In this document: positions 44,556-59,938 of the stretch, one piece after another
How the letters are laid out: each line of letters begins with the position of its first letter
Position numbering within the stretch: position 1 is the stretch's first letter
Origin: an uncultured Actinomycetota bacterium
GTDB lineage: Bacteria; Actinomycetota; Actinomycetes; Mycobacteriales; SCTD01
Assembly: GCA_963806415.1 (NCBI GenBank)
Contig: CAWDYD010000005.1
Location: 327,279 to 391,278 of the forward strand
DNA: 64,000 nucleotides
Reading direction: 5' to 3'
Notes under the pieces: model-generated
What the model saw: only the letters and a program-made list of their open reading frames with translations
Told to the model about the DNA's origin: nothing
Database searches by the model: none
Program-made: the position numbers and the translations under genes

Positions 44556-45179
44556 TCAGCGGCCCGCCGGCCGGGAGTGCCGCAGCGTGATCGACATCCG
44601 GGCGCCCGACGCGCTGCGTTCGCGCGGCACGGTGTGCACCCAGTCGTGCTGGCAGGAGCCGCCCATCACGACCAGGTCGCCGCCGCCCGGCGCGTACCGG
44701 CGGGCGACCGGCCCGCCGGCCGCCGGTCGCAGCAGGAACGACCGGCAGGCGCCCAGCGACACGGTCGCGACCAACGGGTCGGTGAGCACCTTGCGGACGG
44801 TGTCGGCGTGCCACGCGACGGCGTCCGAGCCGTCCCGGTAGAGGTTCACCAGGCAGCTGTCGAAGCCGACCCGGTAGCGGTCGGACAGCGCGGCGGCGAG
44901 CTCGGCGACCGGCCCGGGCAGCGCGGCCCCGACCGGCCAGGTCGCGACCAGCCGCGGCTCCTCGACGGTCCGGTCCCACATCTGCCGGCTGCGCTGCCGC
45001 CAGGGCGCCTCCCGCCGCAGCAGCTCGAACAGCGCGGCGTGCTCGGGGACCCACCCGGGCACGAGGTCGACCCAGGACCGCTCGTCGAGCGGGTCGCGCC
45101 GCACGCCGGCGAACGACAGCCGGCCGCCCGGCGGCTCCGCCGCGAACAGCGCGTCCTGCCAGGCGACCTGCGGCTCCAC
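44556..45179 (-). CDS. AlkB family 2OG-Fe(II) dioxygenase
   Basis: NLYRDGSDAVAWHAD, SLGACRSF, WVHTVP, RMSITLR. Confidence 0.9.
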   Translation of the reverse strand: MEPQVAWQDALFAAEPPGGRLSFAGVRRDPLDERSWVDLVPGWVPEHAALFELLRREAPWRQRSRQMWDRTVEEPRLVATWPVGAALPGPVAELAAALSDRYRVGFDSCLVNLYRDGSDAVAWHADTVRKVLTDPLVATVSLGACRSFLLRPAAGGPVARRYAPGGGDLVVMGGSCQHDWVHTVPRERSASGARMSITLRHSRPAGR

Positions 45180-45186
45180 CCTCCCA

Positions 45187-45230
45187 GTGTGAGCCACCCG
45201 GCGGCCCGGTGTGAGCCACCCGACGGCCCG
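45187..45230. repeat. 22-bp direct repeat x2 in alkB/DUF3099 divergent promoter region
   Basis: gtgtgagccacccggcggcccg / gtgtgagccacccgacggcccg (1 mismatch). Confidence 0.8.
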
Positions 45231-45353
45231 CGCCCCGAGGGGCGGGGATGGCCGCGCGGCCGCAGACTGTTGGCATCGGTACCGGGACGCAGCAGCGGTC
45301 CGGTACCGGACCCGACGCCTACGGGCGCCCTCGTCGAGCGGAAGCCGTCGCCC

Positions 45354-45707
45354 ATGTCGATGCAGACCCCGGCACGTGGACCCGAGGTCGTGAGCGTGAC
45401 GACGGCGCGGCTGAGCCACACCGACGACATCGCGCTGCGGGAGCGCCGCTACCTGCTCACCCAGGGCATGCGGCTGGCCTGCGTGGTGCTCGGCGTGCTG
45501 CTGCCGGTGCCGCTGGTCTTCCGGCTGCTGCTGTTCGTCGGGGCGCTCGCCCTGCCGTGGTTCGGCGTGGTGATGGCCAACGCCGGGCCGACGGTGTCCC
45601 GCACGCGGAGCACCGCGATCGTCGACACCCCGCTCACCGAGACCCTGCCGGAGCAGCCGCTGCGGCTCGCGATCGAACCCGGCCGGGTCATCGACGCCGA
45701 GCGCTGA
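45354..45707 (+). CDS. DUF3099 domain membrane protein
   Basis: VTTA...RERRYLLTQGMR...LPWFGVVMAN. Confidence 0.85.
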   Translation: MSMQTPARGPEVVSVTTARLSHTDDIALRERRYLLTQGMRLACVVLGVLLPVPLVFRLLLFVGALALPWFGVVMANAGPTVSRTRSTAIVDTPLTETLPEQPLRLAIEPGRVIDAER

Positions 45708-45729
45708 GCCGGCCGGTCCCGCCCCGGCC

Positions 45730-46293
45730 TCAGCCCTTCTTCGCGGCGGCCTTGACGCCCTGCTTGTACGCCCGGACCTCCAGCAGCGTCTGCGGGCTCA
45801 CCACGTCCGCCACGCTCCTGTGCACGCCCGGGGCGCCGTAGTCGCCGGCCGCCTCCCGCCAGCCGGCCGGCTGCACGCCGTACTGCTTGCCCAGCAGCGC
45901 GACGAAGATCCGGGCCTTCTGGTCCCCGAAGCCGGGCAACGCCTTCATCCGGCGGAGCAGCTCGGCGCCGTCCGCGACCCCGGCCCAGACGTTCTCCGCG
46001 CGGCCGTCGTAGGTCTCGACCAGCGCCCGGCACAGCTGCTGCACCCGGGTCGCCATCGAGCCGGGGAAGCGGTGCACCGCCGGCGGCTGCGCCATCACCG
46101 CCGCCAGGTCCGGGTGCTCGGCGAGGGCGCGGGCGTCCAGCCCGCCGAGCCGCTCGGCCAGCACGTACGGCCCGCGGAAGGCCTTCTCCATCGGGATCTG
46201 CTGGTCCAGCAGCATCCCGAGCAGCAGGGCGAGCGGGTCGCGGCCGAGCAGCGCGTCGGCCTGCTCGTCGCCGGACAGGTGCAGGTCAGCCAT
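45730..46293 (-). CDS. HhH-GPD-type base excision repair protein
   Basis: LALLLGMLLDQQIPMEKAF, HRFPGSMA, LPGFGDQKARIFVALLGK, SVADV. Confidence 0.9.
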   Translation of the reverse strand: MADLHLSGDEQADALLGRDPLALLLGMLLDQQIPMEKAFRGPYVLAERLGGLDARALAEHPDLAAVMAQPPAVHRFPGSMATRVQQLCRALVETYDGRAENVWAGVADGAELLRRMKALPGFGDQKARIFVALLGKQYGVQPAGWREAAGDYGAPGVHRSVADVVSPQTLLEVRAYKQGVKAAAKKG

Positions 46294-46376
46294 GCCGGCA
46301 GCCTGGCACGTCCGCACCGGCCCGGCACCGGGCGCACCGCGGTCGGCGGTGCGCCCGGCGCGCCCGGTGCCTGCCC

Positions 46377-47556
46377 TCAGCGCTTGTCGGCGAGCTCCTG
46401 CTCGTACCGGGCGGTCATCGTCTCGACGGCCTGCATCTGCTGGGCGGCGTAGTCCTCCCGCTTGCCCATCGCCCGCTCCTTGGCCTCGACGGTGGCCTGC
46501 GCGTGCGTCGTCGAGCCGCCCTGGAAGTGCGGCATCACGTGCTGGGCGACCAGCTCGTACGACCGGCGGGTCGCCGCCGGGTTGGCCCACTCGTGCGCGA
46601 GCAGCAGCATCGCGCCGAAGCCGCCGGACTGGTCCCAGAGCTTCTGGACCTGCGCGCGGGCGTCCTCGACGGTGCCGATCGCGCCGATCCCCGGCCTCGT
46701 TGATGAAGTCGATCATCTCCTTGACGTCGCCGCCCTCGACCGCCATCTGCGGGAACGCCGCGGTCTTCTGGAAGTACCGGAACCACTGCTCGATGCCGTA
46801 CTCGACGTCGCGGTAGGCCTGCTCGCGGGTCTCGGCGATGTGCATGAGCCCGACCAGCCGCCAGTCCTGCCGCGACGACCGTCTGGCCGTGCGCCTGCGC
46901 CCGCTCCTCGACCACGTTCCAGTGGTGCGCGAGGGCGTCGAAGCCGTCCTGGTGAGCGTCGCGCCGATCGACAGCAGGCCGATGCCGTGCGTGCCGGCCA
47001 TCCGCGGGCCGGTCGGCGAGGCCACCGCCGCCACCGCGACGTCGAACAGCGGCTCGGAGTACGGCCGCAGGTGCAGCCGGGCGTCGACCAGGGTGTGCGT
47101 GCGGGTCTGCGCGCTGACCGTCTCGCCGCGCAGCAGGCGCAGGATGATGTCGAGGTTCTCCGGCAGCAGCTCGCGGGTCTGGGTCGGGTTCAGGCCGATC
47201 ATCATCGAGTCGGTGGGCAGCGAGCCGGGGCCGCAGCCGAGCATCACCCGGCCACGGGTGAGGTGGTCCAGCAGCACCATCCGCTCGGCCACCCACAGCG
47301 GGTTGTGGTAGCTGATCGAGGTGACGCCGGTGCCCAGCTTGATCTGACGGGTGCGCTCGGCCGCCGCCGCGATGAAGATCTCCGGCGACGCGATGATCTC
47401 GCTGCCGGCGGAGTGGTGCTCGCCGATCCAGGCCTCGTCGAAGCCGAGCCGGTCGAGGTGCTCGACGAGCTCCAGGTCCCGCTGGAGGGCGAGGGTCGGG
47501 TTCTCCCCCGCCGCGTGGAACGGGGCCAGGAAGGTGCCGAAGCGCAGTTTGCTCAC
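46377..47556 (-). CDS. LLM class flavin-dependent monooxygenase, limonene 1,2-monooxygenase-like (frameshifted)
   Basis: LRFGTFLAPFH, EAWIGEHHS, LDHLTRGR, GPGSLPTD, HEWAN. Confidence 0.88.
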
Positions 47557-47652
47557 GAGTGCTCCTGTGGTCGAGGTCACAGCCGACCGGCCGAACCTAC
47601 GGCCCGGACCGCCGCGAGCCCAGACCCGTCGGTCGGGCGGGGAGCAGCGCCG

Positions 47653-48153
47653 TCAGGAGCCGGGAGCGTGCGGGGCGTGCGTGCCGAACACCCGCGAGTG
47701 GTAGGTCAGCGGCGGCCCCTCGACCGTCGCGGCCGCCACCACCAGCCCGAGCGCGACCAGGTGGTCGCCGCCCTCGACCAGGTCGGCGAGGTCGCAGGCC
47801 AGCCAGCCGGGGGCCTCCGGCAGCCGCGGCAGGCCGGCATCGGTCTCCCACAGGACCCCGTCGAACTTGCTCGCGCCGCCCTTGCGGGCGAACGCCAGCG
47901 CCAGCGCCGAGTGGCCCGCCCCCAGCACGTTGACGCCGAACCGGCGGCTGTCCCGGATCGCCGCCAGCAGCGCGGAGCCCCGGTCCAGGGCCACCAGCAC
48001 CATCGGCGGCTCCATCGACAGCGACGCGAACGCGCTCACCGTCGTGCCGTACGGCGTTCCGCCGGTCAGCGCCGTCACCACGCACACCGGGGTGGCGACA
48101 CCGGCCATCACCTCGCGGAAAGCCGCCTGCAGCGCGTCCGCCGATCGGTCCAT
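47653..48153 (-). CDS. Flavin reductase family protein
   Basis: FREVMAG..TPV, SLSMEPP, GGDH, PLTY. Confidence 0.9.
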   Translation of the reverse strand: MDRSADALQAAFREVMAGVATPVCVVTALTGGTPYGTTVSAFASLSMEPPMVLVALDRGSALLAAIRDSRRFGVNVLGAGHSALALAFARKGGASKFDGVLWETDAGLPRLPEAPGWLACDLADLVEGGDHLVALGLVVAAATVEGPPLTYHSRVFGTHAPHAPGS

Positions 48154-48175
48154 GCGCCCTTCCTCCCAGGCGGCG

Positions 48176-50199
<2,024 letters not shown>

Positions 50200-50206
50200 G
50201 GGACAC

Positions 50207-50831
50207 ATGCCCCGGGTGAGTCACGACCGCCTCGAGGCCCGCCGGACGCAGATCCTCGAGGCCTGCCGGCGGGCCTTCGCCCGGCACGGCTACGAGGGCG
50301 CCACGGTCCGCGTCCTGGAGGCCGAGACCGGCCTGAGCCGGGGCGCGATCTTCCACCACTTCCGGGACAAGGAAGCGCTGTTCCTGGCGCTGGCCGAGGA
50401 CGACGCGGCGCGCACCGCCGAGCGGGTCGGCGAGGCCGGCCTGGTGCAGGTGATGCGCGACCTGGGCGAGAAGGACGCCGGCTGGCTCGGCGTGCAGCTC
50501 GAGGTGCGCCGCCGGCTGCGCACCGACCCGGACTTCGCCGCCCGCTGGGCGCAGCGCCAGCAGGCCGTCGCCTCGGCCACCGCCGACCGGCTCAGCCGAC
50601 AGCGGGACGCCGGGATCGTCCGCGACGACGTGCCCATCGCCCTGCTCTCGGACTTCCTCGGCCTGGTCCTCGACGGCCTGGTGAGCGCCCTGGCGGCCGG
50701 CATGCCGCCCGAGCACCTGCCCGGCGTGCTGGACCTCGTCGAGGACGCCGTCCGCCGTCCCCCCGCCCGGCCCGGCCCGGGCTCGGCCGCTAGCGTCCCG
50801 TCCGCAGAACCGACCGCCCAGGAGGCCTCGT

Positions 50832-50845
<14 letters not shown>
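50207..50845 (+). CDS. TetR/AcrR regulator (AcnR-like)
   Basis: MPRVS...[30 protein letters not shown]; adjacent to aconitase. Confidence 0.9.
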
Positions 50846-53627
<2,782 letters not shown>

Positions 53628-53635
53628 ACCGGCCG

Positions 53636-53663
53636 GCCCGGGCCGCCGCGCGGCGGCCCGGGC
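53636..53663. terminator. Perfect 28-bp palindrome after acnA
   Basis: GCCCGGGCCGCCGC|GCGGCGGCCCGGGC. Confidence 0.55.
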
Positions 53664-53798
53664 ACCGCGGCCCGCCCGCCCGGACGGGTGGCGGCCCGCC
53701 GCGAGCCGCCCCGCCCGGCCGGACAGGAGCGATACTGGAGTGCGCCCGTGCGCACGACCTGGCCCCCTCGGCACCCGCCCGCTGACGAAGGACTCCGT

Positions 53799-55148
<1,350 letters not shown>

Positions 55149-55151
55149 CCG

Positions 55152-55496
55152 GTGCAGCCGGTCTCGCCGGAGCAGTTCGAGGAGCTCGCCGCCGAGGCGC
55201 TCGACGCGCTGCCGCCGGCGATGGTGGCGCACTTCCGCAACGTCCTGGTCGTCGTGGAGCACGAGCACCCCGAGGAGCCGGACCTGCTCGGGCTCTACGA
55301 GGGCGTCCCGCTGACCGAGCGGGCCGTCTACTCGGGGGCCCTGCCCGACCGGATCACGCTGTACCGGATCCCGCTGTGCCTGCTGGCCGAGGACCTCGAC
55401 GACCTGGCCTGTCAGGTGCAGGTCACCGTCGTGCACGAGTTCGCCCACCACATCGGCATCGACGACGAGCGCCTGCACGAGCTCGGCTGGGCCTGA
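55152..55496 (+). CDS. Zincin-like metallopeptidase
   Basis: LLGLYEGVPLTER, LPDRITLYR, HEFAHH (HExxH). Confidence 0.9.
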   Translation: MQPVSPEQFEELAAEALDALPPAMVAHFRNVLVVVEHEHPEEPDLLGLYEGVPLTERAVYSGALPDRITLYRIPLCLLAEDLDDLACQVQVTVVHEFAHHIGIDDERLHELGWA

Positions 55497-55648
55497 GCCC
55501 GACGAGCCCGACCGCCGGCCCGGGGCTCGCCCCTGTTTGGTCCCCGGGCCGTGCGGGCACTCTCCGAACCGGCTCCTCCCTCGTTCGGACAGCCCGGTCC
55601 CGCACCGGGGCCAGGTACTGTGAGCAGGTTCACCTGTGAGAGAGTCGC

Positions 55649-55674
55649 GGAACACCCGCTCAGGGTGAGACGTT
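55649..55674 (+). promoter_or_regulatory. Putative SigH/SigE/SigR-type promoter for the second sigma gene
   Basis: GGAAC-N17-CGTT. Confidence 0.55.
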
Positions 55675-55797
55675 CTCCAGACCTGAGGACGTGCCACCAC
55701 GTCCTCCTCCCGTGACCACGCGGTCAAGACGGCCGCAGCCGCCTTGCCGCGCTGCCGTCCCGGGACCACCGCACCTCTCAGATCAGGAGACACAGCC

Positions 55798-57357
55798 GTG
55801 CCCACCGCTGCCCGCCCCGCCGACCTCGTCGACGAGCTGGTCGAGCGTGCCCAGTCCGGGGGCGCCCTGTCCCTGGAGCAGCTGCGCACCACCTTCGAGC
55901 AGGCCGGGATCGGGCCGACCGAGGCCGGCGCCGTGCTGCGCCGCCTGACCGAGGCGGGCGCCGTCCTGGGCACCGAGCGCACCGCGCGTCGACGCACGGC
56001 CGCCCGCCCGGCCGCTGCCGCCCGGCGCACCCCCAAGCAGACGACCCGCCCCGCCGGTCGCACCGACTCCCCCGCCGCCGGGCCCGCCCTCGACCTTCCC
56101 GAGGCTCCTTTGACGATGACTGCCCCTTCCCCCGTGGAGACCCCGCTCGACGTCACCGACCTGGAGGCCGTCGTGGCCGCCGTGGTCGCCGACACCGCGT
56201 CCGGCGAGGTCGCCGAGGTGCCCGTCGCGAAGGCCGCCGCGAAGCGTGCCCCGCGCGCCACCTCGACCGCCGCCAAGCGGCCGGCCAGCCGCAAGGCCGC
56301 CGAGGAGGCGGCCGCGCCGACCGAGGCTCCCGTCGACGCCTCGCTCGTCGAGGTCCCGCAGGACGACGAGGACGCCACCCCGGCCGCGCCCACCGTGGTG
56401 CCCGAGGACGACAAGCCGCTGGCGCTGGACGAGCCCCCGCCCGGCATCGACCTGGTCAAGGCCTACCTGCGCGAGATCGGCAAGGTCGCGCTGCTGACCG
56501 CCGTCGAGGAGGTCGAGCTCAGCAAGCGCATCGAGGCCGGCCTGTTCGCCGCCGAGAAGCTGCGTCAGCACAAGGTCGGCGAGGTCAAGCACCCTGCCGC
56601 GCTGCGCCGCGACCTCGCCGAGATCGAGCGGGACGGCGAGCGGGCCAAGCGCCACCTGCTCGAGGCGAACCTGCGCCTGGTCGTGTCGCTCGCCAAGCGC
56701 TACCAGGGCCGCGGCCTGGACCTGCTGGACCTCGTCCAGGAGGGCAACCTCGGCCTGGTGCGCGCGGTCGAGAAGTTCGACTACGCCAAGGGCTACAAGT
56801 TCTCGACGTACGCGACCTGGTGGATCCGCCAGGCGCTGCAGCGGGCGCTGGCCGACCAGGGCCGCACCATCCGCGTCCCGGTCCACATGGCCGAGCTCAT
56901 CACCAAGGTCACCCGGGTGCGCCGCGAGCTCACCCAGAGCCTGGGCCGCGACCCGCTCCCCGAGGAGATCGGGGAGCCGCTGGAGATGACCGCCGCCAAG
57001 GTCGAGGAGATCCTCGGGTACGGCCGCGACACGCTCTCGCTGGAGAGCCCGGTCGGCGACGACGAGGCCGTCCTGGGTGACTTCATCACCGACTCGGACA
57101 GCCCCGACCCCGTCGCGGCGGTCGAGATGCAGATGCTGCAGGGCCAGCTCGGTGACGTCCTGGCCAGCCTGCCGCCGCGCTCGGCGACGGTGGTGCGGAT
57201 GCGCTTCGGCCTGGACGACGGCCGGGCCCGCACGCTCGACGAGGTCGGCCGGCACCTGGGCCTGACCCGTGAGCGGATCCGCCAGATCGAGCGCGACACG
57301 CTGGCCGAGCTGCGCGCGGGCGGCCGCGCCGACGCGCTGCGGGAGTTCGTCGCCTAG
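55798..57357 (+). CDS. Group-2 RpoD-family sigma factor (SigB/HrdA-like)
   Basis: [61 protein letters not shown]; no RHPSR tail. Confidence 0.9.
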   Translation: MPTAARPADLVDELVERAQSGGALSLEQLRTTFEQAGIGPTEAGAVLRRLTEAGAVLGTERTARRRTAARPAAAARRTPKQTTRPAGRTDSPAAGPALDLPEAPLTMTAPSPVETPLDVTDLEAVVAAVVADTASGEVAEVPVAKAAAKRAPRATSTAAKRPASRKAAEEAAAPTEAPVDASLVEVPQDDEDATPAAPTVVPEDDKPLALDEPPPGIDLVKAYLREIGKVALLTAVEEVELSKRIEAGLFAAEKLRQHKVGEVKHPAALRRDLAEIERDGERAKRHLLEANLRLVVSLAKRYQGRGLDLLDLVQEGNLGLVRAVEKFDYAKGYKFSTYATWWIRQALQRALADQGRTIRVPVHMAELITKVTRVRRELTQSLGRDPLPEEIGEPLEMTAAKVEEILGYGRDTLSLESPVGDDEAVLGDFITDSDSPDPVAAVEMQMLQGQLGDVLASLPPRSATVVRMRFGLDDGRARTLDEVGRHLGLTRERIRQIERDTLAELRAGGRADALREFVA

Positions 57358-57375
57358 CGACCCCCGCCCCGTACG

Positions 57376-57412
57376 CGGCCGCGGCTTCCGGCGATCCCGG
57401 GGGCCGCGGCCG
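57376..57412 (+). terminator. Stem-loop after second sigma gene
   Basis: CGGCCGCGGCTTCCGG / CCGGGGGCCGCGGCCG with G-U pairs. Confidence 0.55.
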
Positions 57413-57487
57413 TTGCGTGTGCCCCGACCGGCGCGCGGGCGCCGGAAGGTGCGACAGTGCCGGGATCCCCGACCCGAGAGGCTTCCC

Positions 57488-58193
57488 GTGAGCGAGCAGA
57501 GCGCGCCGTCCCGGCAGAACACGACCTTCCCGAGCGGCTCCGGACAGGCGCACGGCTACCTGGCACTGCCGCCGTCCGGCAGCGGGCCGGGCGTGATCGT
57601 CATCCAGGAGTGGTGGGGGCTGACCGACCACATCGCCGACGTCGCGGACCGGCTGGCGGCGGAGGGCTTCGTCGCGCTCGCCCCCGACCTGTACGGCGGC
57701 CGGGTCGCGCACGACGCCGACGAGGCCGGCGCTCTGATGATGTCGTTGCCGATCGACCGGAGCGCCGCCGAGCTCGGCGGCGCCGTCGACTTCCTGCTCG
57801 GCCACGAGGCGGTGACCGGCGCCAAGGTGGGCGCGGTCGGCTTCTGCATGGGCGGGGGCTTCGTGCTGCTGCTCGCCGCGCAGCAGGGCGACAAGGTGGG
57901 CGCCGCCGTGCCGTTCTACGGCGTCGGCCCGGCCGTGCCGCAGGCCTACACCGGCCTGCGGGCGGCTGTGCTGGGCCACTACGGGGAGCGCGACGAGTTC
58001 GTACCCGGTGGAGCAGGCCCGGGCGCAGGAGGAGCAGATCCGGCAGGAGTCCGGCGCCTCGGTGACCTTCCACTACTACGACGCCGGGCACGCCTTCCAC
58101 AACGACACCAACAAGCTCGGGACGTACTCGCCGGAGGACGCCGAGACGGCCTGGAGCCGCACGGTCGCGTTCCTGCGCGAGCAGCTGGCCTGA
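57488..58193 (+). CDS. Dienelactone hydrolase family protein (frameshift near 58005)
   Basis: QEWWGL, APDLY, GFCMGG, AGHAFHN. Confidence 0.92.
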
Positions 58194-58196
58194 GAC

Positions 58197-58234
58197 GACG
58201 CCGCCGCCGGCCCTGCGGGCCCGGCGGCGGCGTC
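58197..58234. terminator. Bidirectional stem-loop between convergent genes
   Basis: GACGCCGCCGCCGG / CCGGCGGCGGCGTC. Confidence 0.6.
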
Positions 58235-58247
58235 CGTGCCCGGCCGC

Positions 58248-59508
58248 TCAGGCGTCGAGCGCGACCCAGGCCGTGGTGCTGCGCGACCGGCGCGGCTCGG
58301 GCCGGCGCTCGGTCTCGGCCGGCGCGGCGGCCGCCCCGGCCTGGGAGAGCCACTGCCGCTGGGTGGCGAGCGAGGCCTCGAGCTCCTCGGTCGGCCGGCC
58401 CGCGGCCTGCGCCTTGGCCAGCTTGCCCTCCAGCTCGGCGACCTTCTCACGCAGGCGGACGACGAACGGCGACTCGCTGGCCTGCGCGAAGCGCTGGTCG
58501 CTGACCTGCCGGAACTTCTCCTCGACCTTGCCCATCCGGTCCTCGAGCGAGCGCATCACGTCCCGCGGGACCTTGCCGGCGGCCTCCCACCGCTCCTGCA
58601 GCTCGCGCAGCCGCTTGGTGGCCTTGTCGCGACCCTGGCCTCGGGTCGAGCGCCTCCGCCTCGGCCAGGATCTCCTCCTTGACCGTCTGGTTGCCGCGCA
58701 GCGCGACGTCCTGCTCGGCGAAGGACGCCGAGCGCGCGGTGAAGAACACGTCCTGCGCGCCCTTGAAGCGCGCCCACAGGGTGTCCTCGACCTCACGCGG
58801 CGCGCGGCCGGCGGTCTTCCAGTCCCCCATCAGCTGCTTGTAGCGGTCGGCGGTGGCCTTCCAGTCGGTCGAGGAGGACAGCGCCTCGGCCTGCTCGATG
58901 AGCCGCTCCTTGCGGCCCCGGCTCACCTCGCGCTGCTGCTCCAGCGCGGCGAAGTGCGCGGTGCGCCGCTCGGCGAACCGCTTGCGCGCCCCGGCGACCC
59001 GGTCCCACAGCTCCTGGTCGGTCTTCTTGTCGACGCCGGTGATCCGCTTCCAGTCGTCGCCGAGCGTGCGCAGGCGCTCGCCGGCGGTCTTCCACTCCGA
59101 CGAGCCGGCCAGCGACTCGGCCTCCTCGGCCAGCGCGGTCTTGCGCGCGACGGCCTCGACCCGCTGCTCCGCCCGCACCGCCTTCGCCGCCTCGACCGCG
59201 GCGACCGTGCGCTCGAGCAGGCCGTCGACCCGGCGCTCCAGCCCGGCGAGGTCACCCACCGCGGCTGCGGTCGGCACCGTCGCCTTGAGCCGCTTCGCGC
59301 TGGCGGCCACCTGCGTCGCGTCACCGGCGCCGCTGGCCAACCGCTGCTCGAGCAGGGTCACCTCGGTGGCGAGCTGCTCGTAGCGCCGGGCGAAGTGCGC
59401 CAGCCCGTCCTGCGGGCTGCCGGCCTTCCACGACCCGACCTCGCGCTCGCCGTCGGCGGTGGTCACGAAGACGGTCCCGTCCTCGGTGACCCGTCCCCAG
59501 TCGCTCAT
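58248..59508 (-). CDS. DUF349 domain protein (frameshift near 58640)
   Basis: WGRVTEDGTVFV..DGEREVGSW; repeated AEAL...W...LW..F units. Confidence 0.9.
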
Positions 59509-59636
59509 CCGGTCTCCCTGGTCATGCTGCTGTCTGCACGTGCTGTCCCTGCCAGTCTGCCCTGCGCTGTCGTCGGCGTGCGCCGTCCACCACACTGCAG
59601 CGTGACCGCCGCCCGTTGTGACCCCCCGGGAACGCC

Positions 59637-59912
59637 GTGAAGCGGGCCGACCTGCTCGTCCTGCTGGGTGTCTACGTCCTGCCGCTGGCCGTCGTCGCCG
59701 CCCTGCTGGTCGCCGCGGGCCTGCCGGGCCTGGCTGTCGCCCTGCTGGTCGTGGAGGCCGTCGTGGTGGCGGTGACGGTGCTCGTCCGGCGCCGACCGCC
59801 GCCCGACCCGGCGCGGCCGCCCACCTCCCGCCCGTGGCTGGTGCCGCTGGTCATGGTGCTGCTGCTGGCCGGTGTCGTCGGCCTCGCCTCGCTGGTCGCC
59901 GGCCGCGGGTGA
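59637..59912 (+). CDS. Small membrane protein, hypothetical
   Basis: 91 aa with three hydrophobic segments; fills the gap before the helicase. Confidence 0.6.
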   Translation: MKRADLLVLLGVYVLPLAVVAALLVAAGLPGLAVALLVVEAVVVAVTVLVRRRPPPDPARPPTSRPWLVPLVMVLLLAGVVGLASLVAGRG

Positions 59913-59938
59913 GCCCGACGTCTGGCAGCGTGGCCGCC

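Noticed and set aside
42480..45230. Two-copy direct repeats as CRISPR remnants
   Set aside because: Only two adjacent copies each, no spacers, no cas genes
45730..47580. Apparent LLM monooxygenase/HhH-GPD fusion (616 aa)
   Set aside because: Frameshift read-through; the LLM has its own stop at 46377 and HhH-GPD its own ATG at 46293
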